Positions 51,501-64,000 of a DNA stretch of 64,000 bases are shown piece by piece. The stretch spans positions 23,312,001 through 23,376,000 of the forward strand of contig JBHGNT010000004.1 of NCBI GenBank assembly GCA_043228905.1, given 5' to 3'. Position 1 is the stretch's first letter; every line of letters starts with the position of its first letter. Below the pieces are notes generated by a model. The model made no database searches. It had not been told where the DNA came from and saw only the letters and a list, made by a program, of their open reading frames with translations. The translations under genes and the position numbers were made by a program. The DNA is from Azolla caroliniana. Lineage: Eukaryota > Plantae > Polypodiophyta.

Positions 51501-54500
51501 ATTGCAAGGTGCAATGCATAATGAACTACAGATACAAATCACTTCCCACATTCTCCATGTCAATAATCAGGTCTTTCTTTTCAGGTGCTTTCGTGATGAG
51601 GATTTGAGGGCAGATAGACAACCAGAGTTTACACAACTGGATATGGAGCTAGCATTCACTCCACTTGATGATATGCTTAAGCTGAATGAAGACCTTATTC
51701 GACATGTATTACATAATCAGCATGTGTTAAGTCACATTTAATATGCGAAGGAGAATATCTAGGTTGTCACATTTAATATGCGAAGGAGAATATCTAGGTT
51801 TGACTTATATGAGCTTAATTGTTATCTTTAGGTTTTTCATGAAATTAAGGGTGTTAAGCTGCCAAATCCATTTCCCCGTCTTACGTACAAAGAGGCAATG
51901 GATAAGTATGGGTCAGATAAACCGGACTTACGATTTGGACTTGAACTAATCGATGTAAGTTTGCAATGTGCCATATTCTTAATGCTGCAATCTTCCATTA
52001 TATTACATGTGGTTTTCATGTTTTCTTGCTGAAACAGGTGTCTAGTCTTTTCAAGGGGTCGAGTTTTCAGCTTTTTGCCAATGCAGTTGCATCAGGTGGA
52101 GTAATAAAAGCCTTGGCTATACCTGGCGGAGGTAGTAAGTTTTCAGCAACAGCACTAAAGAAGGGTGATTTGCACCAGCAAACAATAAAGTCTGGTGCAA
52201 AGGGGCTTCCATTCTTGAAGATAATGGATGAAGGTACTTGATGCAATTTTTTCTTATTTGGAAATGCAAAACATTGTGTTTCTTTTCCAACATTTGTAGT
52301 TTGATAGCACTGCACATCTCTCTCTCTCTCTCTCTGGTAAAAACACACAATAATATTAATAAATGGGTGTCACAATGGAGTACGGTCACCCACTAAGTAC
52401 ACGGGTAGTGGAACATGTTGAATTGGCAATAAACAAGATGAACGCTCCATTGAGGAAAGAATTTCCATTCGCTCCGATAAAAAAATTGCCACATTAGTAC
52501 TCCCTTCAACTTTTGTAGATATGCTTTGACTCCATGCCTACCATCAAATATAAAACCATTGCACATAGCCCAATTATGACGCAATCCCCAATACCTCAAA
52601 AATAGGAAAACTATCTCCATCTTTGATTTTGGGTATATACCTATGTGAATTGTGCAAACACCCATTTTCTTGGTATCAAATAATACCTTGACAAAACTTG
52701 CCAAATTTGAGAAATGCAACTACACATCTGACAAACAATTAGACATTGTATGAAACGATGAGTACCATCTTCCATTTGAACAATGCAGAAGAAGCAATTG
52801 GCCATTGTTAGTCCACACTATTTTAGAGCTAATCCCAAAGGCAAACCCCCAATCAAATCTCTCCAAATGAAGACCTTTGCTACAATTGGCAATTTAGAAT
52901 GCCAATTATGTTTTAAGATTTGCCACCATTTGTGATCAAAGTTATGTATTTTCCATTCTTGTCCAACCTTAGGTGATAGCCATCAAAGAGACTCAATGGA
53001 GCAATGATACAAGATACAAGAGAATCGCTCTTTTATTTGTAAAAGTAAAGGACCTTGCATCAATGTAATATTTTGTACTTGGTGCCAAATAAACCCATAA
53101 TTGGGCGGGATGCGTAATAATTGTCCCGCTTCATCAAACTTCAAAATTCTTTGAGATCGAGCCTCAGCTATATCTCCCACCTCTCCCAAACAAAACAAGT
53201 GATTAAATTGAGAGCACAATCTCTCCTTTCCAGGCTAACTTAATAACCAAGAAGACCCAAGTAACTCTTTTCTCAAAGAATTACAATTCTCTCTATTAGA
53301 TGATGGCCAAGATTGTGACTTCCAACACATGAACTTATCCCTTAACTTGCTAGACATCCATTCAATTAATTGACCATTTGTAACATTCATTCCCAATGGA
53401 TACCCCAAGTGTCGAAAAATAGATCCTTTCCTAACCTCGCATCCTTGCCATCCTAGACATTCCAAATTCCCTTCAGTACATGATATGAGACTAGACTTCC
53501 TCCAATTAATATTTAATCCAGAAGGCAATGCAAATTGGTTTTAGACAAGCATCCCCTTCTCAAGTTTCTCACATGAGGCTCATAGAAACATGAAAGAATT
53601 ATCTGTCAAAACCTGTGCTACCAGTTGCCCCCCAGATTATGCTTGTGAAGAGCCAAAAAAGAGATAAGTCATGTATTATGTACAATATTGAGCCACTTGA
53701 ATGTGTGGAAAGCTTCAAATATCTTGGCCTTGAAGTTCCTTCAAATCATAGATAGAATGAATGTGCTACACGTTGCTTAGAGGCGGAAAAGCGAGCATAT
53801 TATGCATTTGAGAACACATGCAATCATGGAGATATTAAGTGTTGGGTCCTCAAGAAGTACCTTTTTGACACTTTGGTGACACCGGTGCTTCTCTATGGGG
53901 TGGAAGTATGGGGTGGTAGCATCCCTAAATCTACTCGTAAAAGAGTTTGAAAATGTCCATTGACATTTTCTTACAAAGTTTCTACAAGTTAATATAGTTG
54001 TTAAAAAACGCGTATTCTACGTTTAGAGTACGTTTTAGAATACTTTGAAGTATTCTACACGTATTCTACGTTTTAGAACTGCCGTTTTTTAAAATTTGAC
54101 ATATTCTATGTATTCTAAAAATTTGACGTATTCTAAGTATTCTAAATGTATTCTAAGTATTCTAAACGTATTCTAAGTATTCTACACATATTCTAAGTAT
54201 TTAACGTATTTAACGTACTTTATCTATAAAATACGTATTCTAAGTATTTAAAAAAAAAAGTTAGGATACTTGTAGAATACTTATAATACGTATTGTACGC
54301 GTATTTTATGCTAATTATTTTACAACTATGCAAGTTAAGAAACAAACGCCATACATGCTCCTCCTTGAGACGAGATCACTTCCCATTGAGATCTTGGCCA
54401 TGGAAAGGGTTGTTGAATACATGCCTAAGGTTCAAAAAATCCCACACATCAACTTCCTAGAATCGCATGGGAAGCAAGCAAAAAGATCCAAAAGACGCAT

Positions 54501-57500
54501 GAAAGCAAAATTTTGTGTTTCGGTTGGATGCAACATATGAAAAAGTGGTTTGATGGATGGGATGCAACACATTTGCTTCATGATACATCACTAGATTCCT
54601 CTATAAATGAGGCCTTTTCGCAACACCAATATATCATGACATGGGAAAAGTGTGGAGGCTCACGCTTTATACATTATACAACACATGCTTAAGGTTCAAA
54701 TTATCCCACACATCGACTTCCTAGAATTGCATGGGAAGCAAGCAAAAAGATCCAAAAAGATGCATAAAAGCAAAATTGTGTTCCGATTGGATGCAACATA
54801 TGAAAAAGTAGTTCGATAGATGGGATGCAACACATTTGCTTCATGATGCATCACTAGATTCCTCTGTAAATGAGGCCTTTTCGCAACGCCAATGTATCAT
54901 GACATGGGAAAATGTGGAGGCTCACGCTTTATACATTATACTACACATGTTGCACCTAACTACAGAACCATATTTTTTGCGGAACGGGGAAACCGTACAC
55001 ATCGATACATGTTAGAGCCCATTCCGTTGGCTTCTATTCGAACCATTGCTTCCATACGACTTAGCTCACATGTATTGTGATGTGAGACGGGGCATTGGAG
55101 CACAAGTGATGAGAGTGGTCGACTATGCATACTTTGCCCTAAAGAAGTTCGAGAGTCTGAGTATCACACTTTGATACAATGCTCTGCCTTTGATCATATT
55201 CGACCATGCTTTTCACACATCTTTGACCAAGCCCAATCCTTGCAGGAATTTCTCTCACAACCACAATGTGCACTCTCGATTGTAACATTCATTGGCAAAG
55301 TTCTTGAATATCGAGAGCCGCTGCTCACTTTCACACATATCACGTGAAATGTAAATTTTTTGGTCTCATAGGTCATATTTGACCTCCGAAGACGATAATA
55401 TAATATAATCTATCTCTCTCTCTCGTGGTCTATTAGGCCCAATTTAATGAGATGAATCTATGATGCCCTAATCTTTACTTTATTGCATTAATCACCAATG
55501 TCCTAATCTCTGCTGCCTTAATCTTGGAGACCCTAAGATGTGTTCTATTTAGCTCTGATGTCCTAGCCTTTGCTGTGTTAAGGACCATGTATGGTTTTTT
55601 TCTCAGTACCTTCCTATCTTGATACATTCACCTTTGCTGCTGCTCTAATATCTTCAATGTTCATGTCTGTGTTGCTTTAATCTTCCCGTCTGAAGTTAAA
55701 ACATTTGTTCTACTTGAATAGAACACCTTGATGCCATGCACTTTGAATAGAACACCTTGATGCCATGCACTTTGAATAGACAAATAATGAAGATCAGGTT
55801 CTAGACAATTAACAAGAAGAGATGTCACCCTTGAAAAACTCCAACTTCATCAGCACTGGTGTCCACATCTCCTGTAAGTCGCAAGAGTAATTTCGAGAGT
55901 CTGTACGAATAGTTCTATTGGTCAAACTCCAAGTGAGCACCTTTAAGTTTACAATAATGAACTCTTCCACATTCATAACCTTCCTTTCTAAACCAATGTT
56001 TTCTGCATGCTCCAAATGCAACATGTGTCAATTGAGGGAACAGGGTATACCAACATAAACTTGTTTTCAGTGAGAGAGTCAACAGGTGCCCAAGGGCCCA
56101 CCAAAATTAGAGAAGAGATGCAACATGTGTCAATCGAGGGAACAGGGTATACCAACATAAACTTGTTTTCAGTGAGAGAGTCAACAGGTGCCCAAGGGCC
56201 CACCAAGATTAGAGAAGAGATGCAACATGTGTCAATCGAGGGAACAGGGTATACCAACATAAATTTGTTTTCAGTGAGAGAGTCAACAGGTGCCCAAGGG
56301 CCCACCAAGATTAGAGAAGAGATGCAACATGTGTCAATCGAGGGAACAGGGTATACCAACATAAATTTGTTTTCAGTGAGAGAGTCAACAGGTGCCCAAG
56401 GGCCCACCAAGATTAGAGAAGAAATGCCATCATCAAAATGAGGATCTTCAAGGAAGAGTGGCATAGGAACATAAGTGTTTTAAGAGCTGTTGAATGATGT
56501 CGAAGAAGGAAAGAAACAGATTGGGCCACTCCTAATAGTACTCTAAAGGCATACAACATATAAACATTCTTGTGGAATATGATGCAAACCAAATGAAAGA
56601 TAATGCACTAAGAGAAATGATCATTCAAGAGATAAATCGTGTGAGATCTGATATGCAACATGCTTGAAATGAAATGCAAATTAAAATGAAATGTTAGTGG
56701 GGAATGAAAAACTGAAGTATGTTTCCTTATGAGGGAATTACAAGAAGCCTTCAAAACTACTGTAAATCAAGTCTATAATGGCGGTTAAAGAGGTCATTGT
56801 TAAAGTCTTAAAAGCAGAAATACGATCAAGTCATGATGAAGTAACCTTGATGAATTGTGCTGTAAAACTCGACGTAAAGAAAGGCCAGAGGGCATAAAAA
56901 GTGTTTCCATGATGAAAGACGCTGTAGGGAAGGAAATGCTAATATCGCAGAGGTAGCTAGGGATGTAAAAGCTCATGCTGGGGATGCCCAAAAGGGAATA
57001 AAAGAAAATACACCTTGGATAGAAGTAACTAAGAAGCAGAAAAGGGCATCCATGACAAAGAAGCAGCAAAAGAAACCCTCTAGAGGATGCAAAGCCATTG
57101 GAAGAAACTTGGGGGCATAGCAAATCCACTTTATATCAACATGGAGGGTTGAATGATTTACGAATCAAAGCACTCATCTTACAGTTCTAGGACATGGAGA
57201 AAATGAGCTTTTCTATCTAAAAAGAAAGCTCTCAAAGACAATAAAATATACTTGGATGAGGGTTTCTCACTGACACGAGTGACTCACTGTAGAAAGCAGA
57301 TGCCATGCATACTTGAGGCAAGGAAAGAGGAAAAGTGGGAAATCTATAGAGACAAAAGAGTAAATATAACTAAGAGATGCATAGTCCTTATTTGTTAATG
57401 TGATTGTTTATATGGCTGCTTGCAATGCACAACGGAAATTTATACTTTTTGTTTTGAATAGGTGACCATGTTTGTAATATGTAGAAAGTTTTATTAGTGT

Positions 57501-60500
57501 CAACAGAATACCATATTGTGCCCTATAAGGTGGACTAATCATCTACTACTCTCTATTCAGTAGAGAAATGTTGTCCATAATCCCTACATAGGCACATTTA
57601 AACCATTTAAAGAGCAAACTTTTGGTCAAGGATTCTGTATCATGGTTGCATGAGGAACTTATCATGTATATGATCAGACATGTCTGAGGCCACCTACTGT
57701 ATATATGCAAGCATGTACCCTAAATTGTTTAAGATATGGCCAGATTAAGTTGAAGAGAGAACTAAAAGCAGTGTAATACAACTAGGATAGTATTGTATAG
57801 ACTTTTTGTCATAAAATGAGACAAATTTTGTCAATGTTTGATGCTTGGGGACATAATTGATCAGGTGAACTTGAGGGTGTTGGTGCATTAATATCGAGTT
57901 TAGACAGCAACAGCAAGGAAAAACTCTTTCAACGATGCCAAGCTAAAGCTGGTGACCTTATCTTATTTGCGGTTGGTGACATATCTGCAGTCAATAAAAC
58001 ACTTGACTGGCTTCGGAGATACATTGCAGAGAAACTAAACATAATAGATGAGGTTCTCTTGCCTTCTTACATCATTCACATGCTTCAAACTCTATGAATA
58101 CTACACAGAAGTCCAAGTTGCTGACTTGTTTTTCTTATGCTTGTAACAGTCTGCTCATTCAATCTTTTGGATTACAGACTTTCCTATGTTTGAGTGGAAT
58201 GATTCAGAACAGCGTTTTGAGGTATATGAACGTTCTTGTTTTCCATATTTTATATTTGCTTCCTTGAATCTATGAATATGAATTTTGGTATATGGGCAGG
58301 CATTGCACCATCCATTTACTGCCCCCAACCCTGAGGATATGGGAGACCTCAAGACAGCTCGCGCCCTGGCATATGACTTGGTATACAATGGAGTTGAGGT
58401 AATGAATGCTTGTAAGCATGTGGTTGCTCAACAAATTGATAGCTATATTAGGAAATGCCAGATTTTTATTCTCATCCCTTTTCCGGTACTTCTTTTGAGC
58501 AGATTGGTGGTGGTAGCTTGAGAATTTATCAAAGAGAGATCCAGCAGAAAGTGCTTGAAATAATTGGCATTAGTTTAGAGAAGGTAAGTGGATGTGTGAG
58601 TGTGTTTTCTCAATGGGACATTATCTTTGCTATAAGAATGAAGCATAGTCACAGGAGACCATCATTCCAGCCACCTGGGTTTTAGCCACCCCCACATATG
58701 AAATGCACATTGTTACTGCATAATTGGCATTTCCATTCCAGGAATGTGGGAGTAATTTCCCATGCTGCAACATTCCAAGAATTCCACGTAATAATAATAT
58801 TTTCTTTCTCAATCCATCTACTCCTTGATCCAGATTCAATTACTGTTGTGTACAATTTATTCTGGATGCTGCAGTTCCCACTCAACTTACCATTGTTTCA
58901 TGTCATTTGGAACTCCCATCTTCATTCCCTGCCCTGTATCCTTGCGGTCATGAATTGACAACATGCTTGTGTGTGTGAGGATTGTTACTTAAGGTTAATT
59001 CTAACCTGGTTAGGGATGGAGGTTAATACTGGCATTGCATACAAGAGCAGCTGACAATTTTTATTTGATACAGAAAACAGCTGAACCCAAATTCCGCTTT
59101 GAAATCTATTTTTGGAGTACATTATTTGACTTTTGTTACCTGTGAAACCCCATAAAATAAATGCTCCGAGGTGAAACTGAAAACTGAAAAGCTATTGTGA
59201 AAATAAGCTAGAACTATGAAAAGATTCCCTAGTAATAGACATGACCATCAAAGAGGATGTGTGAGACAAGATGAGATGTGTGTGAGTAGTTTATCTAAAA
59301 GTGGCTCTCCAAGCATCATCCCAAAATGGTTCTTTGAAGCATAGTCAATGTCTCCTCCCCATCAGGCTATGTGGACGGCCATTCTGACATTGATGATGGC
59401 CTTTTTTCTGCTTGTGTCTGTATTTGAATATCTTCCTATCACATATGCGGCACAGTACAGACCTTGGTGGACCTCTCTATAATAGTCACTCATGGGAAAT
59501 TGTACTCACTATTGGGATGTAGTGGCACTTCCAGCATTGGCAGTGGGTCCAGACTGGGGGCTCAAACATGGGAATAAATCTGAATTTTCCGGCCATCCCA
59601 AGTCTAAAGATCAATATTGAATGATGCTTGAGATTGTTCTTGCTGATATCAAGCCGCATAAGGCACTGTTATAGACACAAGAATATCTCCAGAATAGACT
59701 CTAAACCTTCCAGAGCATTATAGCAACAGCAACATGTCATATATCCGGCCACCTCCAGGCCTAAACACTCTTGCCACTGCCAAATCAAGGCCACTGTCAT
59801 CTGACATCGAGAGATTGATTTTTAAGGTGCTTGCCTCACTTTGAAGACCTCTTCAATCTTGGATATTGTGCCTTTGAATTTGAAACCATTGTCTTAATTT
59901 TTCAGTGTTGACAAAAGAATCTTGTAACTTCTTTTTGAAGCTTGTAATTTAATTATTCTACTAGATGAATTTTTCATGTCATAATTGTTTCACCTGAAGC
60001 CAGTAGTAGTTAAAAGAAGGTTTAACAGAGTTCTAAAGCTTTCTTGTTCCGTTTCACAGGCAGAGGAGAAATTCGGTTATTTATTAGAAGCATTAGATCT
60101 TGGTGCTCCACCTCATGGTAAAACAAATTTCAACACTTGCTAAGTTGATTTTGTTATTGAGGCTGCCTTCAAAGCTTTTCACTTTAATAGATATCTTTAT
60201 CAAGGATGTTTCATGCTTGTTCCTGGGAAGTTCTTTGGGGTTATTTAGGTGTGTTCAATGCTGTTTGAGGTCTTTTGCGCACTAGAAGTTCTTGGGGCAT
60301 AGATGAGTTTTATTTTTTGCCTGGTTAGGGCTTCTTCAGTCATGACTAGTAGAGCCTCTTGCGAGCAGAAAATCTCACAGGAGTTTTCACTGCAAATGAA
60401 CGAATTTGCATCAAATCCGAAGTTATTAAAGTACAAAGTCTAGATTTTCTTCGACCTATACTTGCAAATGACATTTCATTTTGTTGTACATTGTTCTTTT

Positions 60501-60757
60501 TTGTGTTTTAAGACTGATGCTGTATTTGAGTTCTTTTATGTTTTAATGCTTTTTTTGCTGTTTCAGGTGGAATAGCGTTTGGTCTAGATAGATTGGTGAT
60601 GCTATTAGCCGGCGAAAAATCAATTAGGGATGTGATTGCATTCCCCAAAACAACAGCCGCACAATGTGCTCTCACCAGAGCTCCTTCCACAGTAGATCCT
60701 CTACAATTGCGAGAATTGCACTTATCAACCACTGTCAAAGCGAAAATAGATTCATAA
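48541..60757 (+). CDS. aspS: Aspartate--tRNA ligase, bacterial-type, chloroplast/mitochondrial (15 exons)
   Basis: Spliced translation contains [137 protein letters not shown] and [30 protein letters not shown]. Approximate exons: 48541-48987, 49590-49733, 50803-50912, 51055-51166, 51241-51312, 51417-51508, 51585-51705, 51832-51954, 52038-52233, 57865-58051, 58150-58221, 58300-58398, 58503-58582, 60060-60117, 60567-60757. The N-terminus is Ser/Arg-rich like a transit peptide. Confidence 0.96.
50250..50620 (+). mobile_element. Degenerate Ty3/Gypsy RT remnant in AspRS intron 2
   Basis: [31 protein letters not shown] and YEFLVMP match the Gypsy RT motifs CIDYR.LN, DL.SGYHQI and YEF.VMPFGL. Confidence 0.8.
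52395..53635 (-). mobile_element. L1-type LINE ORF2 remnant (end of RT and downstream region), antisense in AspRS intron 9
   Basis: [17 protein letters not shown] and FRHLGYPLG, preceded by a degenerate FADD-position motif (LTDN). Multiple stops. Confidence 0.8.
53993..54330. mobile_element. hAT-type MITE (C/TATAGTT ends) nested in the LINE
   Basis: TIRs TATAGTTGT / ACAACTATG. Perfect 8-bp TSD CAAGTTAA at 53985-53992 and 54331-54338. The interior is built of GTATTCTA repeats. Excision restores [12 protein letters not shown]. Confidence 0.92.
54421..54949. repeat. 264-bp tandem duplication inside the LINE
   Basis: ATGC(C/T)TAAGGTTCAAA..CCCACACATC starts at 54421 and 54685. The junction carries ACATG microhomology. 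Confidence 0.9.
56016..56423. repeat. 4 x 102-bp near-perfect tandem repeat
   Basis: Units start at 56016, 56118, 56220 and 56322. The plus frame reads [34 protein letters not shown] four times. Confidence 0.97.
56560..57385 (+). mobile_element. Degenerate LINE ORF1 (Transposase_22/RRM-CTD-like) remnant
   Basis: [53 protein letters not shown] resembles the LK...IYLDEDLT...R..EARK.GK ORF1 C-terminus. Confidence 0.6.
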
Positions 60758-62185
60758 GACCTAAAGTCCTTTCATGGTGAACAATTTTGTAGTTCATTCT
60801 CTTCTATAATTCAACATGGTAGTGATGATTGGTTGCATCAGTATATGAACAATCACTTGGCTGACATTGGCAACCATCAATGAAACAATAGGTTCAGGCT
60901 ACCAAAATTCTTTTTTGAGTGTAAAATTTAGTTCATACATTTTTATTTTTCAACATGGTTGTGGTTCAATCAATATATATACACACACTTACCTGCCTTT
61001 GCATTCAGTCAATATAAATACATGTCTCATTCTTTGAATGCCAGCACTTCCATTCCTTGCAAGACATTGCTTATGTTGCTATTCTTCTTGGGTATGATAG
61101 GTTTTAATAGGTAACAATTAAGAGTTCAATTGATGACCCCTTTCGGCAAGCACTGTTCAAATTCTCATCTTCATCTCAACAGATGGATGGCGGATTCTGA
61201 CCCGGCCATAAAGCCTTTTAGTTGGAAGAGTGAAAAGGAACAGCTTCCCCCAATTTCCAAAATTGTGTCCTTTGAGCGCAGCACAGAATACTGCAAGCAT
61301 TTATCCCCATGGCTGAGCATCAAATTCAGTTATTAGAGTTGCTTCAATGCTTACTAATAATATTTAATACTCTATACACTTGAGGTGAACATTAATATTG
61401 TAATCATAGTGAAGGGACTTTCCAATCACATTTCCTCCATTGAAATTGCTCCAATTTGTTCACAAGAATATTTCAAAATTTTGTGGCAGCGAGATGGCAG
61501 TCATGTTACGGGCAATGAATCATGCAATGTTTTTGTAGATAGATTCCAATGTTTCAATTTCCTCCCAATCATCAAACTCAAATCAACTTTTGCCTTTGGA
61601 GAGGTGCCCCATGTTAAAGATTATATCACGGGTCTTGCCAACCCATTTGTGTTGGGCCATTTGTCCATATTAATGGGGTGAATTCATAGTTTAGAATTTA
61701 AAGGAAGTACCTTAGCAGTTTAATAATTCTTTCGGCAAATCAACATCTACAACAAATATTACTAAAGCACTCATGATTGTTTATACATCATGGAATCCAT
61801 GCGCATTAGCGTGTCTATAGCATGGCTAACCAATGCATATACATCATTCTCAACACTAGAAAATATATGATTAGTAACACTTATAAGTTATGGCAATTGG
61901 TAAAAAGTTTTGGGAACTCATTCCTCCAAATGTTTTTGTATGTGCAGAAAATGACCTTATTTGGTGCCACATTATTAATAACTATATGAAGCTTTCCATC
62001 GAATTATTGAACTTGATAACATATTGCACGTCAAATTTATTGAAAAGCTTTTGCATTATAAAAACTATCAATATGTATGGGCTTGAGATGTTTTCACTTA
62101 CCAAGTGGATTGGATGATTTAAGCATTGGCTTGACATAGCGATGATTCTTAATTAGTAAATTAAAAACTACTCATACCGTAGAAT

Positions 62186-62589
62186 TAACAATCGGCAATG
62201 GTTCGGTTTGAACCGAACCAAACTGCGAAACCACGACTTAACGGCTTAAACTGTTCGGTTTCGATTTGGTTCGGTTTGGGGGTGAACGGTTCTATTCGGT
62301 TCGGATTCAGCGGCTAGAAACCGCAGTTTAAACAGTTTAATGGTTTTTTTTTTTTTTTTTTAAATAATCTTTTCATTTTTAAGCCTAATTCTCAAAATTT
62401 AGGGAAATCTTTAAATTTTTAAATAATTAAAATTTTAAATAATGAAAATTTTTAATTTTTAAATTTGAATTTTGACCTAAGTTGAAAACCAAAACCGCGG
62501 TTTTAACGGTTTGGATTTTTTAAACAGTTTTGTGGTTCAGTTCAAGTTTCAAAGATTTTAAACAGTTATCGAACCATTGCCAATTGTTA
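62186..62589. mobile_element. hAT-type MITE (TAACAAT ends, GGTTC-rich)
   Basis: 20-bp TIRs TAACAATCGGCAATGGTTCG / CGAACCATTGCCAATTGTTA. 8-bp TSD CGTAGAAT (62178-62185) / CCTAGAAT (62590-62597). Confidence 0.9.
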
Positions 62590-64000
62590 CCTAGAATCTA
62601 AACATAGAACATCAAGATATCAAACAGTAAACATATAAAAAACATATGATGAGAAAGAAGTGGTAGACAGACACCCCGAGACATGTATAAGTTAAATGTG
62701 ACGTACAAGAGAGATCATGGTGATACCTCTTCTTGATGTAGGGGAGATGCACGCTAAATCGTAAATATATGATTATCTTTGTTTTCAAAGTTTCTTGTAG
62801 TGTTGACAATATTAGTGTAATGTTGAATAGTGATAATGTAGTTACATTGGTTTATTATTTAATTCTTATTGAAGAATTTGTATTATTATATTTGAAAACA
62901 TAGATAGGGATTTTGGTCGCACGAGTTGTGCTTGACAATATAATATGTATTACAACCATTATAAAATTTCGGAAAATAGTCATTGCATTCTATGAACAAG
63001 GATACATTGTGGAGTGCTATAATCCAAGTCATTGAATTTATCATCATTGCCTTTGTTATAATCTTGAAGGGTGATAAAAGTCTTATTCTCGATGGATAGT
63101 GTGGTTATCTTTATGTTTGGAGTATGTTGTACTATTCTTTCCATTGTCGTTGTTGTAAGCTTGAAGTGTCGAAATCTTGTTCTCAGTGGATGTTATGATT
63201 ATATATGATGTAGTAGAATCCTTGTTATTAGTGCATATTATGATTATTTTTTATGCTCGGAGTCTGTTATAGGGCTTGTCATGTGCACGCCAACTCTCGA
63301 ACAAATAGATGCACACCATCTTGGAAGTAATGACCATAATTGTCTAGGCTTTAACTCTATCATATGATGATGTTGTGTATGGCGGTCTCAATTCTTTCTA
63401 CTTAGCCTAGGTCACATTGACTACTACTTTCAATGAAATAAATAAAAGAATAAGGTATTCATAAATGTCAACAATCAATGTTAGCCAAATTTAAAGATTT
63501 TAAACAATAACTAATATCTAAAGTGATATGGGATTGGTAAGTGAGATTGCTTATAACATCTCTATGAGGAGACAATGTACATAACTTTGTAAATGGGCAC
63601 ACTAGATGAAATGGAATGCCACCGTCATGCCTTGTTAGCTTCACGATTCTGACCGTGGGCCTATAATTTTTTTAGGCTTATGTTGTTATGTTTCTTGTTT
63701 GAATTTCTATGCATTGATTTGAATCATTTAATAGATTGTACATTTCATATGCTCTCATCTAGCATTTATTGATGTAATATTGTCTTATTATCTCCTATGA
63801 AATGAACAATTCATATTTTTAATTGATTTGTCTTTGTTGCTTTCCCTCTTTCTTGTCGTGCATGGGAAGCTTTGTTCCAACTTGTTTTAGAAAGGTAAGG
63901 ATCGCCGACATGCACAACATTGGAGATTATTGCTTCCTCCATTCTCTCACAAAGATAAAGTTTCATCCATTTTATTGTAACGATAATACTTGCATGCAAC

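Larger units (their letters stand above)
53650..55410 (+). mobile_element. 5'-truncated non-L1 LINE (RTE/CR1-L2-like) with a C-terminal CCHC finger and (TAA)n tail
   Basis: [23 protein letters not shown] and [35 protein letters not shown] 3' stem-loop is followed by ATAATAATAAT at about 55395-55409. Confidence 0.85.

Noticed and set aside
55988-56464. Repeat-protein genes on both strands
   Set aside because: The open frames follow from a 102-bp stop-free unit inside an intron. There is no promoter or homology evidence.
58008-58010. TGG (Trp) in KTLDWLR where plant orthologs, as I recall, have Arg, suggesting RNA editing
   Set aside because: This is a nuclear gene and the position is not invariant. 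A CpG transition is the simpler explanation.
61100-62150. Decayed transposase downstream of AspRS (similar coding-like decay at 2000-4200 and 24900-26300)
   Set aside because: No diagnostic motif could be read with confidence.

Overview
AT-rich eukaryotic nuclear DNA from a land plant. The intron style, the PLS-class PPR gene and the TE families suggest a fern or other seed-free plant (inference). Three intact host genes are present: APC4 (minus strand, about 19 exons, 28250-36645), an intronless PLS-class PPR gene with a truncated E domain (44265-46439), and an organellar aspartyl-tRNA synthetase (15 exons, 48541-60757). The rest is a mosaic of decayed transposons (MuDR, Copia, Gypsy, two kinds of LINE), four well-defined non-autonomous hAT-type elements with 8-bp TSDs, putative LTRs, tandem repeats and microsatellites. 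I found no convincing new multi-gene system. The most unusual items are an 82-aa Ser/Gly/Cys insert inside a PPR motif, a duplicated decoy splice acceptor in a GC-AG intron of APC4, a convergent pair of tRNA-like Pol III modules between direct repeats, and two divergent Copia fragments joined by a TSD-less LTR. Coordinates were read by eye and may be off by a few bases. Family assignments rest on remembered motifs, not database searches.
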